This document shows positions 29,705 to 40,590 of a stretch of DNA of 64,000 nucleotides, piece by piece (the stretch's first letter is position 1; each line of letters begins with the position of its first letter). The DNA lies in assembly GCA_023420895.1 (NCBI GenBank), contig JAEZUY010000021.1, positions 3,411 through 67,410 of the forward strand. The letters are read 5' to 3'. The position numbers were made by a program, and so were the translations under genes. The notes below the pieces were generated by a model. That model was not told the DNA's origin, did not search any database, and saw nothing but the letters and a program-made list of their open reading frames with translations. Source of the stretch: Bacillota bacterium. Its GTDB lineage: Bacteria; Bacillota; Clostridia; Tissierellales; Gottschalkiaceae.

Positions 29705-30610
29705 TTAATTGTTTCCCACACTCATCTGCGGAGGTCTCTCCACATATCCTTCCTCTTCTTCAGCTGTGTCTTCAGTGCTTTCTTCTGAAGAGCTCTCTTC
29801 TTCTGAACTGTTTTCTGAATTCTCAGAGCTGCTCTCTCTGTCTCTGCTTTCACTTGAATCGGAAGTTTCTGAGCTGTTTTCATTTTCAGCGCTTTCTGTC
29901 TCAGTATCTTTAGACGTGTCTTCAGAACTGTCTTCATCAGATTTTTCTGTTCCTTCAGTTTTCTCTGATTCTTCATCTTTTTTCTCATCTTTTTCAGAGT
30001 CTTTCACTTTTTCATCCATATACTTCACATTGTTAGTCACGTCTCTAAGTGTAAGAGGTTCAGAAATATCGAAAGTTCCCATGAATTTATCTGTATTTTC
30101 TCCGTCGACCTGCACTCTGACTTTTTCAACTCCTTCGAGAGTCGTCATAGTGAGGACGAGTGAATCGAGTATCAGACTTTCCTGAGCAGGATCTTCCTTG
30201 ATTCCCTTGCTTTTAAAATCCACATATACTGTATCGCCTTTTTTATAGGCGCTGTTCACTGTCATCGAAGACGGAATCGGCTTATTATATGAAGATTTCG
30301 TCTTTCCGTCGTCTCTCAGTGCATCCATGAGAAGCTCAATTGTAGATTTTCCGTTCGAATTGCTTAAAGTCACATGTCTCTCTTCAAGAGAAGTATTCGT
30401 ATCGTCGGGCACGAATATTATCAGATCCTGAGTTTTTATATCTTTTTCTTCTTTAGCAGTCTCTTTTTTCACTGTTTTCGTGACCTCTTCATTAGTCACT
30501 AAATCTTCTTCTCCAGTATCTCTGTCCATAAACTTGAAAATACCGAATATTGCAGCTATCAGAATGATTCCTGCAATGTACTTCTTATATCTTCTCATCT
30601 TTCTTATCAT
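29705..30610 (-). CDS. GerMN domain protein with acidic Ser/Glu tail
   Basis: N-terminal TM; VYVDF..E.LILDSLVLTMT..GVEKVRVQVDG. Confidence 0.85.
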   Translation of the reverse strand: MIRKMRRYKKYIAGIILIAAIFGIFKFMDRDTGEEDLVTNEEVTKTVKKETAKEEKDIKTQDLIIFVPDDTNTSLEERHVTLSNSNGKSTIELLMDALRDDGKTKSSYNKPIPSSMTVNSAYKKGDTVYVDFKSKGIKEDPAQESLILDSLVLTMTTLEGVEKVRVQVDGENTDKFMGTFDISEPLTLRDVTNNVKYMDEKVKDSEKDEKKDEESEKTEGTEKSDEDSSEDTSKDTETESAENENSSETSDSSESRDRESSSENSENSSEEESSSEESTEDTAEEEEGYVERPPQMSVGNN

Positions 30611-30643
30611 AGAATCACCCTTTCGGATTTTATTTCTCCATCC

Positions 30644-31624
30644 CTAAAACAAATCTTTCTCAATATTAGAAAGTATGCTGCTGTCTTCAGCTTCCACAGT
30701 CTTTCCGTTAAGATATGAAAGTTCTCCTTCCAGTCCGTCAAATTCAAGTCTTGAAGCATGGAGAAGCTGATTTTCAAGACCGTATTTTTCTTTAAATTCA
30801 CTGTTTACGCGCTTGTTCCCGTATTTTCTGTCTCCGGCTACAGGATATCCTTCATAAGAAAGATGCGCTCTTATCTGGTGTGTTCTTCCCGTTATAAGGT
30901 CTATCTCTATAAGAGAATACCCGCTTGAAGTCTTGAGAGGACGTATTTTAGTTTCCACTTCTCTGTCGTCTTCATGCTTTTTCTCTTCAGTTATGAAAAC
31001 TCTGTTTCTGTTCTCATCTTTAGTCATATATCCTTTCAGATGCATCTCTTTTTCGAGTTTTCCTTTTACTACAGTCTTATAGTATTTACCCACTGATCTG
31101 TTTCTTATAGCGTCATTTATCTCTTTAAGAGCTTCGTAGTTCTTCGCTCCTATAAGGAGTCCGCTCGTATTTCTGTCGAGTCTGTTGCATATAGAAGGTC
31201 TGAACGTCTTCTCTTTTCTAGGATTATAGTCTCCTTTTGCATGCAGATACGCCACTATTCCGCTCACAGCGTCTTTTTCGCTGTAATCTCCATTTGCACT
31301 GTGAGAAAGCATGCCTGCCGGTTTATCTATAATCACTATATTCTCATCTTCATAAACTATATCGAGATCTATCTTTTTCATTATCTCTTCTTCGCTCTCA
31401 GTAAATTTTGCAAGAGTTTCATCGGAGAAATAAAGCTGCATAGTGTCTCCTTCTTTTATAAAATCTTCGGGCCTGAATCTCTTTCCATTGAGCTTTATAT
31501 TCTTTTTCCTTATCATTTTGTAGATAAAGCCTTTGCCGGCTTTCGAAAGATATTTTCTTAAAAATCTGTCAGCTCTCTGCCCGTCGTCATTGGGTCCGAT
31601 TTTTATTTCTGTCAAGAATTTCAT
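30644..31624 (-). CDS. RluA family 23S rRNA pseudouridine synthase with S4 domain
   Basis: Motifs QRADRFL, NRLDRNTSG, TGRTHQIR. Confidence 0.95.
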   Translation of the reverse strand: MKFLTEIKIGPNDDGQRADRFLRKYLSKAGKGFIYKMIRKKNIKLNGKRFRPEDFIKEGDTMQLYFSDETLAKFTESEEEIMKKIDLDIVYEDENIVIIDKPAGMLSHSANGDYSEKDAVSGIVAYLHAKGDYNPRKEKTFRPSICNRLDRNTSGLLIGAKNYEALKEINDAIRNRSVGKYYKTVVKGKLEKEMHLKGYMTKDENRNRVFITEEKKHEDDREVETKIRPLKTSSGYSLIEIDLITGRTHQIRAHLSYEGYPVAGDRKYGNKRVNSEFKEKYGLENQLLHASRLEFDGLEGELSYLNGKTVEAEDSSILSNIEKDLF

Positions 31625-31652
31625 CCTTTCTACCAAGAAAGCCTCTAGATTT

Positions 31653-32213
31653 CTAGAGGCTTTCATCCCAATATTTTTCATTTATATATTCATCTATCAG
31701 AGAATCTCTTTTGCCGCCGCTGAATATTCCGGCTTTTTTAAGTTCAGAAAAAAGCCATCTGCTCTTAGAGTGAAATATTGCAAATTCATAGTCCTTAAGC
31801 ACTATTTCGTAGAGCCTGTTGTCTAAAAATTTAGAATTCGTATTGATATAGTACGCTTCAGCATTTCTGTATTCGAGATATTCAAGAAGCTTTAATATAG
31901 AAAAATCTTTCTTCTGATAATAAAAATCCATCTGTTCTATATAATAACTTTTTTTTCTGTTCCAGCCTCTTATATTTGACGCCATCATTTTATAATATTT
32001 AGCTATCGAATTGAAATACTGATAGTTGAATATACCTTTTTCATAGCTGTCTACAGTGAAAAATGGCTTGATTTTAACTTTCTTCATATAGTTAAAATTT
32101 CTTTTGAGAAAATCCTGTTTGCTCATTTTCCCTTCACTGTAATCGCTTATGAGTTTGTCTCTTGCCTGAAAAAACTTGTTTAACTCGTCTTCCATAAAAT
32201 AAATTCCATCCAT
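31653..32213 (-). CDS. conserved clostridial protein (DUF6648-like)
   Basis: Motifs NYQYFN and LYEIVLKDYEFAIFHSKS. Confidence 0.6.
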   Translation of the reverse strand: MDGIYFMEDELNKFFQARDKLISDYSEGKMSKQDFLKRNFNYMKKVKIKPFFTVDSYEKGIFNYQYFNSIAKYYKMMASNIRGWNRKKSYYIEQMDFYYQKKDFSILKLLEYLEYRNAEAYYINTNSKFLDNRLYEIVLKDYEFAIFHSKSRWLFSELKKAGIFSGGKRDSLIDEYINEKYWDESL

Positions 32214-32222
32214 TCCTTATTT

Positions 32223-32741
32223 CTATCGTTTTTTCATCCTGATCTTAGTGCTGACCATGGCATACGATAAAAACATTATAAATACTGCCACTCCGACATG
32301 GCTGACTTCTCTGTATTTAAGTGTGTACAGAGAAAGAATAGCTACAAGACCTCCTGCAATCGTTATGGGTATACCCTTATAGATTCCGTCAAATTCGGTA
32401 ACATTGTATCTGGCCAGCCTGTAGGCTCCTGTCAGTATATATATAACTGCGACAATCCATCCTGCATAGGAAAGCTCCTTGAGGCTTATATTCCAAATGA
32501 GCATAGCCGGAGCTATTCCGAACGATACAAGATCGCAGAGAGAATCAAGCTCCTTGCCTATATCGCTCGTGGCATTCAGCTTTCTTGCGAGCATTCCGTC
32601 GAATCTGTCCATCATTCCTGCTATAAGTATAAGCAGTGAAGCAAAAAACATATCGCCGCAGAACATATTTAACACTGCCCATACGCCGAGTGCAAGATTT
32701 GTCAGCGTGAACATATTGGGCAGATTTTTTCTAATTCCCAT
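32223..32741 (-). CDS. pssA: CDP-diacylglycerol--serine O-phosphatidyltransferase
   Basis: Motifs LPNMFTL, DRFDGMLAR..GKELDSLCDLVSFGIAPA, RLARYN. Confidence 0.92.
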   Translation of the reverse strand: MGIRKNLPNMFTLTNLALGVWAVLNMFCGDMFFASLLILIAGMMDRFDGMLARKLNATSDIGKELDSLCDLVSFGIAPAMLIWNISLKELSYAGWIVAVIYILTGAYRLARYNVTEFDGIYKGIPITIAGGLVAILSLYTLKYREVSHVGVAVFIMFLSYAMVSTKIRMKKR

Positions 32742-32788
32742 ATTTAACTCTCCATTTACTTTTAGCTTTATGCATATATTATAACATA

Positions 32789-33508
32789 TTAATCCATTAT
32801 ATTTTCAATTTCTTCGGGACTTATCTCTCTGTATTCTCCAAGTTCTAAATCTTCATCCAGCTTTAAGTTCCCTATAGATATTCTCTTCAGATATATAACT
32901 TTTTTTCCTACAGCTTCAAACATTCTCTTCACCTGGTGAAACTTGCCTTCAACTATAGTGAGCTCTATTTCTGAAACGGGTCCCGATTTTATTATCTCAA
33001 GTTCTGCAGGAAGGGTTTCATAGCCGTCGTCAAGCACTACTCCCTGTTTAAACTCTTCAACATCGTCTTCTGTGACTTCTCCAGATATTTCAGCATAGTA
33101 AGTCTTCGGAACTCTGTTCTTAGGAGCCAGAAGTTTATGTGAAAACTGTCCGTCATTAGTCAGAAGCAGAAATCCTTCAGTGTCCTTATCGAGTCTTCCG
33201 GCAGGAAACAGCTTGAATACTAAATCTTCCTCTTCTATAAGTTCAAGCACAGTTTCGTGAAGATAGTCTTCCGTCGCCGAAATATATCCCTGCGGCTTGT
33301 TAAGCATAAGGTATATATATTTTCTGTAGTTCACAGTTTCATCGAAGAAAACTATTTCATCATTTTCAGGATCCACTTTCGTAGAGCTGTCTTTAACTAC
33401 CTCTCCATTTACGGTTATTCCTCCGCTTCTTGTGAGCTTTTTAATCTCTTTTCTCGTTCCGTATCCTAAATTTCCGAGAACCTTGTCGAGTCTTTCCATT
33501 TTAGCCAT
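32789..33508 (-). CDS. rsuA: 16S rRNA pseudouridine synthase, RsuA family
   Basis: S4 domain, GRLDKDTEG, EGKFHQVKRM. Confidence 0.92.
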   Translation of the reverse strand: MAKMERLDKVLGNLGYGTRKEIKKLTRSGGITVNGEVVKDSSTKVDPENDEIVFFDETVNYRKYIYLMLNKPQGYISATEDYLHETVLELIEEEDLVFKLFPAGRLDKDTEGFLLLTNDGQFSHKLLAPKNRVPKTYYAEISGEVTEDDVEEFKQGVVLDDGYETLPAELEIIKSGPVSEIELTIVEGKFHQVKRMFEAVGKKVIYLKRISIGNLKLDEDLELGEYREISPEEIENIMD

Positions 33509-34484
33509 CTATATCATCTCCGTTAAATTTTTTAAGCGCCTTTCCGTTAAGATAGTTGAACTTTCTGCCCTGATAAGTGCCTCTTCTTTCCATCTCCTCA
33601 ACTATCATATCTTTTATCTTCCACCAGCTGGTATTCCAGTTTACAAACAGAGTTCCCTCTTCAGGAGCTCTCCCTATCAGTCTCTGAACTGCTATTTCCG
33701 GATTGAGATTTTCGAGAAATACTATGACTCTGTCTATATAGTCTTCTCTCGATATCATTTCAAATTCGCCGTTTCTGTACATCTCTCCTATAGCAGTCTT
33801 TTCCACAATATAGAGTGAATGCAGCTTTATCTCGTCTACACCAAGGGCGGATATTATTCTTGCGCCCTCAATTACATCGTCCATTCCGTCCCAGGGAAGA
33901 TTGAGAATCATATGAACGCATGAAGTGAATCCGAATTTTTTTATCCTCATCATTGCATCTATAAATTCGGCCAGACCGTGACCCCTGTTGAGTTTTTTCA
34001 GAGTGTGATAGTTCACTGACTGAAGTCCCATCTCTATATTTATATCGACACCGTGCTCCCTTTCCACTTCTTTCAGAAACGAAAGGTATTCATCTGAAAT
34101 GCAGTCCGGTCTTGTCGAAATTGATATTCCTATTATATCTTCAACGAGCGCCTCATTTATCATGGCTTTAAATTTATTAAGACTCATATAAGTGTTAGTA
34201 AAATTCTGGAAAAAAGCTATGAATTTTTTAGCTTTGAATCTCTTAGCGACTCTCGCTTTATTCTTGTCTATCTGCTCTTTTATCTTGAAATCGGTTGAAA
34301 AATTTTCAAAGCTTCCTCCCTCGTCTCCGCAGAAAATGCATCCCCCAGTGCTCACATTTCCGTCTCTGTTCGGACATGTAGTCACTACGCTTATCGGCAG
34401 TTTATATACTTTCTCTCCGTATTTATCTCTCAAATAGTCAGAGTAGACTCTGTAATATTTTGATTCTTCCATTTTATCATCCAA
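33501..34484 (-). CDS. TIGR01212/YhcC family radical SAM protein
   Basis: Motifs TCPNRDG..GGCIFC, FQNFTNTY, TRPDC, NRGH. Confidence 0.93.
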   Translation of the reverse strand: MDDKMEESKYYRVYSDYLRDKYGEKVYKLPISVVTTCPNRDGNVSTGGCIFCGDEGGSFENFSTDFKIKEQIDKNKARVAKRFKAKKFIAFFQNFTNTYMSLNKFKAMINEALVEDIIGISISTRPDCISDEYLSFLKEVEREHGVDINIEMGLQSVNYHTLKKLNRGHGLAEFIDAMMRIKKFGFTSCVHMILNLPWDGMDDVIEGARIISALGVDEIKLHSLYIVEKTAIGEMYRNGEFEMISREDYIDRVIVFLENLNPEIAVQRLIGRAPEEGTLFVNWNTSWWKIKDMIVEEMERRGTYQGRKFNYLNGKALKKFNGDDIDG

Positions 34485-34491
34485 TCTAATT

Positions 34492-35358
34492 TTAAATAAT
34501 CTGAGACAGTTTATATTCTAAAACTGCTATCCTTTTAAAAAGCTCGATTTGAAATATAAGTCTCCTCTCAGAACAGAATCCGTCGACATTTATCCTCTTT
34601 CTGATATATCTTTCATCTTCACTCTTCTCAGGCGTAATTCCTAAATCTGTAGTGAAGGCATTCTCTATTCCGATTTTCTCAAGAATTTCTGCGGACTCTT
34701 CTGTACTGACTCCATAAGGATAGGCAAATGCTGTTATTTCAGTTTCAAATCTGTCTTCAAGCAGTTCCTTCGACATGCTGATATCTTCATATATCCTGGT
34801 TCTGTAGCTGTCTTCAGTCTCCCCGTCCATCCTGCATATAACGGGAATATCCTCCTTTTTATGATGGAGATTGAAACTGTGAGACCCTATTTCAAAAAGT
34901 CCTGAATCGAGCACAGTCTTTATTTCATCTTTTCCCATATACTCTTCATCGCCGTCATCGACTTTTCTTCCTATTATGAACAGATTTCCTCTCATGCTGT
35001 ATTTTTCCATAGCAGGATACATATAGAGATAATTGTTCATTTTTCCGTCATCTGAAGTTATCATTATGTTTTTCTGTTCAGAAGTTCTGATTTCTTCTGT
35101 CTTTTCATCTCTGTCTTCTAAATCACTGAACACTATAGTATTATAACCCATTTCCTTCAATTTCTTAATATGTTTTTCGAACTTGCTGTCATCTATCGAA
35201 TACGTAATTTTTTTTATAGAAGGCGAAGGTTCTATATTGTGATAAGTGAGCACAGGAATTATTTCTGTATCTGATTTATTTGTAAAAAAAATGAATATTG
35301 ATACAGAAAATAAAACAAAAACTGAGCATATGAATATGAAGTTTTTTATTTTTCTCAT
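34492..35358 (-). CDS. polysaccharide deacetylase (NodB/IcaB-like), membrane-anchored
   Basis: N-terminal TM; PVLTYH, TSDDG, HSFNLH, AYPYG. Confidence 0.9.
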   Translation of the reverse strand: MRKIKNFIFICSVFVLFSVSIFIFFTNKSDTEIIPVLTYHNIEPSPSIKKITYSIDDSKFEKHIKKLKEMGYNTIVFSDLEDRDEKTEEIRTSEQKNIMITSDDGKMNNYLYMYPAMEKYSMRGNLFIIGRKVDDGDEEYMGKDEIKTVLDSGLFEIGSHSFNLHHKKEDIPVICRMDGETEDSYRTRIYEDISMSKELLEDRFETEITAFAYPYGVSTEESAEILEKIGIENAFTTDLGITPEKSEDERYIRKRINVDGFCSERRLIFQIELFKRIAVLEYKLSQII

Positions 35359-35703
35359 AGTATTATCCTCTGCTTTAATTATTTAAATTTATATCTTACT
35401 AAATTCTATCACAAATCAAAAAAGTATGTTAAAATGGTATAAATAGAATAGGTTTAATTTTTATGTCAATTACTTATCGATTTACATTTTAAAATTCAAT
35501 TATATGAAAAATTGAATTTTGCATGTAATGCGATATATCTGAATCCGGATTTTTCATCTGGAAAATAGGCTCAAAAATTTTTCAATAATGATATAACAGC
35601 TTATTAGCTGAAAAATGCGGATTCAAATACTGTCATATATACTTTTATACTTTTGACTTCTGTTAACTTTACGATAAATATTATATGATAAGGAAGTGAT
35701 TTT

Positions 35704-37119
35704 ATGAAATTTAATGATGTTCTAAAATACTTTTTAAAGAACACCAAGTCTAAATCTGGGGATCTTGCGGAATATGTAGGATACGATATCTCATATATCT
35801 CCAAATGGACAAGTGATGTCAAGATTCCTTCAGAAGGTACTTCCGAAGAAGTTCTCGACAGAGTCAGCGAATTTTTTACTAAAGCGGTGTGTGAAAAAGA
35901 TATGCTTGAAGTTGTAGAAAACCTTTCCCCAAAGAGACTGAAATTGAAAGATGAGAATTCAATATTCTTTACAATAAGACGTTTCTTCACAGATGCATAC
36001 AGTCTTTCACTATCCCTTTATGAAGATTACAAAGAAAGAGGAAGAGCTAAAAACTTCACTCTAACAGGAACTAAAAATATAAGCGATTTCACTCTTGAAA
36101 CGCTTTTTAAGCATATTTCAGCAGCAGATGACGATGTTTCGCTATATGCTACTTTCGATATTCCCAAGCTTTTCGATATCGGAACAGTTAACAATATGAA
36201 TATATTCATAACAAAAGATATAAAAGTGAGATTCAACACTGCAATTTCACTCGACAGATATGATGATTTCACTAAGAATGACAGTGTAACCGAACTTATT
36301 CTGATGTTCAAAGCTTTTGATATAGATATGCATCTTTATGATTCAGATGATTTTGAAGACCTTCAGGTGCTTCTATTAGAAGACAAATTCGTAATAATGT
36401 ACAGATATCTGCCTGACGGCTCTAAAATCGCTACTTATACTGAAGATCCGAGTGTAGTTTCTGTAATACAGTCGAATGTAATAAATATGTTTGAAAATGC
36501 CGGAAAGATTTCAGAAAGCTCGAGCAGCAGCTGCTTCGAACTGAAACATCTGACTTCTTCTTTCCAGAACTGCGATTCTTTCCTTATCGCATGTGCATTC
36601 CTGAACGGATTTGCTCTGACAGAAAAGAATCTTGAGTTTATAAAAAACAACTATGACTTCTCTTCTGAAAAAATAGAAGGAATGAAGACTATATCTAATT
36701 TCATGAATACACTCAGACCGGAACAGAATGTAGACTTCATATTTATGAAGTCTAAACTCGATGAATTTGTAGAAACCGGAAAAATAAATATACTGGACAG
36801 TGTAGTATTTCTGGATAACGAAAACATGATAGAATATCTTGAAAATGTCATCAGGATACTTGAAGAAAATGAAAACATAAACCTGTTCACTCTTAATGAT
36901 GAACTGCCTATCAATCCGGATGATATATCTACTTCTTTCTTCGTTTCGGATCAGGTTTCAATGCTGAAAAAAGACGCTTACTATAAGAACAGCAATGTTT
37001 CAACTTATTATTCATATACTGAAGAAAAGCTGTGCACTCTAGTAAGAAGAAGTCTTTTAAAATTGCTGAAACCAGTCCTTACTTTGAAAAGAACAGCATA
37101 TTCATTCTTGACTATGTAA
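35704..37119 (+). CDS. large XRE-type HTH transcriptional regulator (C-terminus possibly frameshifted)
   Basis: N-terminal LAEYVGYDISYISKW HTH. The -1 frame continues to TAG at 37202. Confidence 0.75.
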   Translation: MKFNDVLKYFLKNTKSKSGDLAEYVGYDISYISKWTSDVKIPSEGTSEEVLDRVSEFFTKAVCEKDMLEVVENLSPKRLKLKDENSIFFTIRRFFTDAYSLSLSLYEDYKERGRAKNFTLTGTKNISDFTLETLFKHISAADDDVSLYATFDIPKLFDIGTVNNMNIFITKDIKVRFNTAISLDRYDDFTKNDSVTELILMFKAFDIDMHLYDSDDFEDLQVLLLEDKFVIMYRYLPDGSKIATYTEDPSVVSVIQSNVINMFENAGKISESSSSSCFELKHLTSSFQNCDSFLIACAFLNGFALTEKNLEFIKNNYDFSSEKIEGMKTISNFMNTLRPEQNVDFIFMKSKLDEFVETGKINILDSVVFLDNENMIEYLENVIRILEENENINLFTLNDELPINPDDISTSFFVSDQVSMLKKDAYYKNSNVSTYYSYTEEKLCTLVRRSLLKLLKPVLTLKRTAYSFLTM

Positions 37120-37280
37120 AAGATACTATGATTCCGAAACTGAAAGAAAGAATGGCTGAAGAATCTGAACAGACAGAAGAAACTGAATATGCAGAAGCAT
37201 AGAATATGATTAGAATATGACGATTTTCAGCAAAAGCTGTTGAACTGACTAAAAAAGAATTTATATAATATTAAAATAAT

Positions 37281-37307
37281 AAAGCGGGAGAATCTTCTCC
37301 CGCTTTT
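37281..37307. terminator. bidirectional terminator at the end of the his operon
   Basis: AAAGCGGGAGA/TCTCCCGCTTT inverted repeat. Confidence 0.85.
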
Positions 37308-37314
37308 CTGTTTA

Positions 37315-37926
37315 TTATTTATGTCTTTTAACTAATTCCTTTTTAATATCTTCAACAGGTATTCCCATTTCTACAAGAAGAACTGTCATATGATAGATGA
37401 GGTCGCTTGCTTCATATATGACTTCTTCTTTTGAAAGATTTTTAGCTCCTATTATAACTTCAGCATTCTCTTCTCCGACTTTTTTTAGGATTTTGTCGAT
37501 TCCTTCATCGAAAAGATAGTTTGTATAAGATCCTTCTACAGGATTTTCTTTTCTGTCTTCTATAAGTTTATACAGCTTCTGAAGTATTTTAAAAGGCGCG
37601 TCTCCTTCTTTTATACTGTTATAGAAACATGAATATTCTCCTGTATGGCATGCGTTTCCTTTTTGAACAACTTTAACGAGAATCGCGTCTCCGTCGCAGT
37701 CGTAATCCATAGAAACTACTTCCTGAGTATTTCCAGAAGTTGCTCCTTTGTTCCAGAGTTCCTGTCTGCTTCTAGAATAGAACCAAGTCTTTCCTGATTC
37801 TGCAGTCATCTTAAGTGACTCCTCATTCATATACGCAAGCATAAGAACGTCTCCAGTTTCTGCATCCTGAACGATTGCCGGAACTAGTCCTTTTTCGTCA
37901 AATTTTATATCTTTCATAAATTCCAT
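37315..37926 (-). CDS. hisIE: bifunctional PR-AMP cyclohydrolase/PR-ATP pyrophosphatase
   Basis: Motifs KGATSGN, DCDGD, ACHTG..SCF, KKVGEE. Confidence 0.96.
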   Translation of the reverse strand: MEFMKDIKFDEKGLVPAIVQDAETGDVLMLAYMNEESLKMTAESGKTWFYSRSRQELWNKGATSGNTQEVVSMDYDCDGDAILVKVVQKGNACHTGEYSCFYNSIKEGDAPFKILQKLYKLIEDRKENPVEGSYTNYLFDEGIDKILKKVGEENAEVIIGAKNLSKEEVIYEASDLIYHMTVLLVEMGIPVEDIKKELVKRHK

Positions 37927-37927
37927 A

Positions 37928-38698
37928 TTACTCACCATCGGCCTTTCTCATAGGGATTCCTTCACTTATAAGGTAGTCTTTAAGCTCAGGTATAAGTATT
38001 TCTTTAAAGTGGAATACTGATGCCGCAAGAGCCGCATCTGCTCCTCCTTCTGAAAGCACTTCTTTGAAATGTTCTTTTGTTCCTGCTCCTCCTGATGCTA
38101 TAAGAGGCACGTTTACAGCTTTTCCAACTTCCTGCATAAGCTCTATATCGTATCCGCCTTTAACACCGTCAGTCTCTATACTGTTAAGAACTATTTCGCC
38201 TGCTCCGAGTTCAACACCTTTCTTAGCCCATTCGATTACATCCATTCCAGTGTCGACTCTTCCTCCGTTTATAACTACAGTCCATTTCTTGTCTCCGATT
38301 TTTTTAGCGTCTATAGAAAGCACAACGCATTGAGAGCCGAATTTCTCTGCAGCTTCTTTTATAAGATCAGGATTTTTAACAGCAGAAGAGTTTATAGAAA
38401 TCTTGTCTGCTCCAGCTCTTAAAAGCGCCTGGAAGTCATCTACTGTGCTCACTCCTCCTCCTACTGCAAAAGGTATGAACACTTCTTTAGCCGTCTCTTT
38501 GACTATGTCGATAAAGATTCCTCTTCCCTCATGAGATGCAGTTATATCATAGAAAACAAGCTCGTCAGCGCCCTGTTCATTGTAGTATTTGGCAAGCTCA
38601 ACAGGATCGTCGACTTCTTTTATATCTTTGAATTTCGTTCCCTTTACAACTTTTCCGTCTCTCACGTCAAGACATGGAACTATTCTCTTAGTAAACAT
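37928..38698 (-). CDS. hisF: imidazole glycerol phosphate synthase cyclase subunit
   Basis: Motifs [29 protein letters not shown]. Confidence 0.97.
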   Translation of the reverse strand: MFTKRIVPCLDVRDGKVVKGTKFKDIKEVDDPVELAKYYNEQGADELVFYDITASHEGRGIFIDIVKETAKEVFIPFAVGGGVSTVDDFQALLRAGADKISINSSAVKNPDLIKEAAEKFGSQCVVLSIDAKKIGDKKWTVVINGGRVDTGMDVIEWAKKGVELGAGEIVLNSIETDGVKGGYDIELMQEVGKAVNVPLIASGGAGTKEHFKEVLSEGGADAALAASVFHFKEILIPELKDYLISEGIPMRKADGE

Positions 38699-38701
38699 AA
38701 T

Positions 38702-39409
38702 TTACACCTCCAGCGCATCTTCAAGTTTTATTTTGTCTATATAGAGAGCTTTTCCGATTATAGTTCCGTACATATCCATCGATTTCAGTTTCTTTACATC
38801 GTCTATAGAGCTGACTCCTCCTGAAGCTATTACATCTATATCAGATATTTCAGAAACTTCTTTATATATATCGAAGTTAGGTCCCTGCATCATTCCGTCC
38901 TTCGCTATATCAGTATATACTATAGTTTTAACTCCTATTTCATCGAGAGTCTTCACGAATTCTTCAGATCTTATAGTGCTCAGATTTATCCATCCGTCCA
39001 CTGCAACTATTCCGTCTTTGGCATCTACTGAAACTACTATCTTTTCTCCGTATTTTTCAGCCATTTCTCTCAGGAACTTTTCATCGTTCACTGCGGCAGT
39101 TCCTAATATGACTCTGTTGACACCTGCATCTAAAAGATTTTTTACAGCTTCTTCCGATCTTATTCCTCCTCCTACCTGGATTGGAATATTCACAGTTTTT
39201 GCTATATTCGCTATTATATCGTAATTCTTAGATTTTCCGTCTTTTGCTCCGTCAAGGTCTACTATGTGTATGAACTCTGCTCCTTTTGACTCCCATTTCT
39301 GTGCAACTTCAACAGGATTGTCGAAATATACATCGAGTTCATCAAATTTACCCTGCTTAAGTCTTACGCAGTTTCCGTCTTTTATATCTATCGCCGGAAA
39401 AATAATCAT
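38702..39409 (-). CDS. hisA: ProFAR isomerase
   Basis: Motifs PAIDIKDG.CVRL.QG, HIVDLDGA, YTDIAKDG. Confidence 0.97.
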   Translation of the reverse strand: MIIFPAIDIKDGNCVRLKQGKFDELDVYFDNPVEVAQKWESKGAEFIHIVDLDGAKDGKSKNYDIIANIAKTVNIPIQVGGGIRSEEAVKNLLDAGVNRVILGTAAVNDEKFLREMAEKYGEKIVVSVDAKDGIVAVDGWINLSTIRSEEFVKTLDEIGVKTIVYTDIAKDGMMQGPNFDIYKEVSEISDIDVIASGGVSSIDDVKKLKSMDMYGTIIGKALYIDKIKLEDALEV

Positions 39410-40005
39410 TAAATCAACTCCCCAAACGCTTTTAATATTTTCATTCCTGTACTTCCGCTTTTCTCAGGGTGGAACTGCATTCCGTATATATTTCCCTTTC
39501 CTACAACTGCAGGAACGTCTGCTCCGTATTCAGCATAGGCTATTACATCGTCCATCCTGTTCACATAATAAGAATGGACGAAATATACGTATTCTCCTTC
39601 TTCAACGAATTTCATTATTTTATCGTCTCTTCTGAATATCAGGTCGTTCCATCCCATGTGAGGAACTTTAAGGCTTCCGTCAAATTTCACGACTTCTCCT
39701 TTGAGTATTCCGAGTCCTTCGTATTCTCCGTCTTCGTAAGATTTTTCATATAAAAGCTGCATTCCGAGACATATTCCAAGAAGCGGCTTTCCTGAATCTG
39801 CATACTTCAGGACAGTTTCTAAAAGACCCGACTCTTTAAGTGACTTCATCGCATCTCTGTATGCTCCGACACCTGGAAGAATGAGACCGTCCGACTCCAT
39901 AAGGTCTTTTTCTGTATCGACTATTCTGTTTTCATATCCTAATGTGTCTAAAGCATTCTTTATGCTGCTAAGATTTCCTACTCCGTAATCTACTATTCCT
40001 ATCAC
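39409..40005 (-). CDS. hisH: imidazole glycerol phosphate synthase glutaminase subunit
   Basis: Motifs DYGVGN, LPGVG, GICLGMQ, QFHPEKS. Confidence 0.97.
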   Translation of the reverse strand: MIGIVDYGVGNLSSIKNALDTLGYENRIVDTEKDLMESDGLILPGVGAYRDAMKSLKESGLLETVLKYADSGKPLLGICLGMQLLYEKSYEDGEYEGLGILKGEVVKFDGSLKVPHMGWNDLIFRRDDKIMKFVEEGEYVYFVHSYYVNRMDDVIAYAEYGADVPAVVGKGNIYGMQFHPEKSGSTGMKILKAFGELI

Positions 40006-40590
40006 TTAAATCACTCCTTTTGTCGACATGACGTCAGTTATTCTCTCGTCATATCTTGTAGCCTTGTCTAAAGTTCTTCCGAATCCTTTGAACATGGATT
40101 CTATAACGTGGTGCGTATTTCCGTTAGAAATTACTCTCAGATGGACATTCGCCATTGCGGCATTCGAAAATCCTCTGAAGAATTCTTCTACAAGTTCAGT
40201 ATCGAAACTTCCAACCATTTCTCTGCTGAATTCAGTATCTATCTGAAGATACGGTCTTCCTCCAAGATCGAGCGCCGTAAGTGTAAGGACTTCATCCATA
40301 GGAGTGAATGTATCTGCATATCTCACTATTCCTTTTTTATCTCCTATAGCTTCTTTTACAGCTTCTCCAAGGGTAATTCCTATATCTTCTACAGTATGGT
40401 GACCGTCTATATGAAGGTCTCCGTCACATTTTACAGTCAAATCGAAAAGACCGTGTTTTGAAAAAAGTATAAGCATATGGTCAAGAAATCCTATTCCTGT
40501 ATCTATATCGCTCTTGCCTGAGCCGTCTATATCTATCCTGATTTCTATATCTGTTTCTGTAGTCTTTCTCTTCTTTTCTGAAACTCTCAA
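40006..40590 (-). CDS. hisB: imidazoleglycerol-phosphate dehydratase
   Basis: Motifs HHTVED, PMDE, NTHHVIE, STKG. TTG at 40590 follows GGAGGTG. Confidence 0.97.
   Translation of the reverse strand: MRVSEKKRKTTETDIEIRIDIDGSGKSDIDTGIGFLDHMLILFSKHGLFDLTVKCDGDLHIDGHHTVEDIGITLGEAVKEAIGDKKGIVRYADTFTPMDEVLTLTALDLGGRPYLQIDTEFSREMVGSFDTELVEEFFRGFSNAAMANVHLRVISNGNTHHVIESMFKGFGRTLDKATRYDERITDVMSTKGVI

Noticed and set aside
6837..30610. spoVS, GerMN and FtsK/SpoIIIE as evidence of a sporulation locus
   Set aside because: All three families also occur in non-sporulating bacteria, and they are not clustered with true sporulation genes here.
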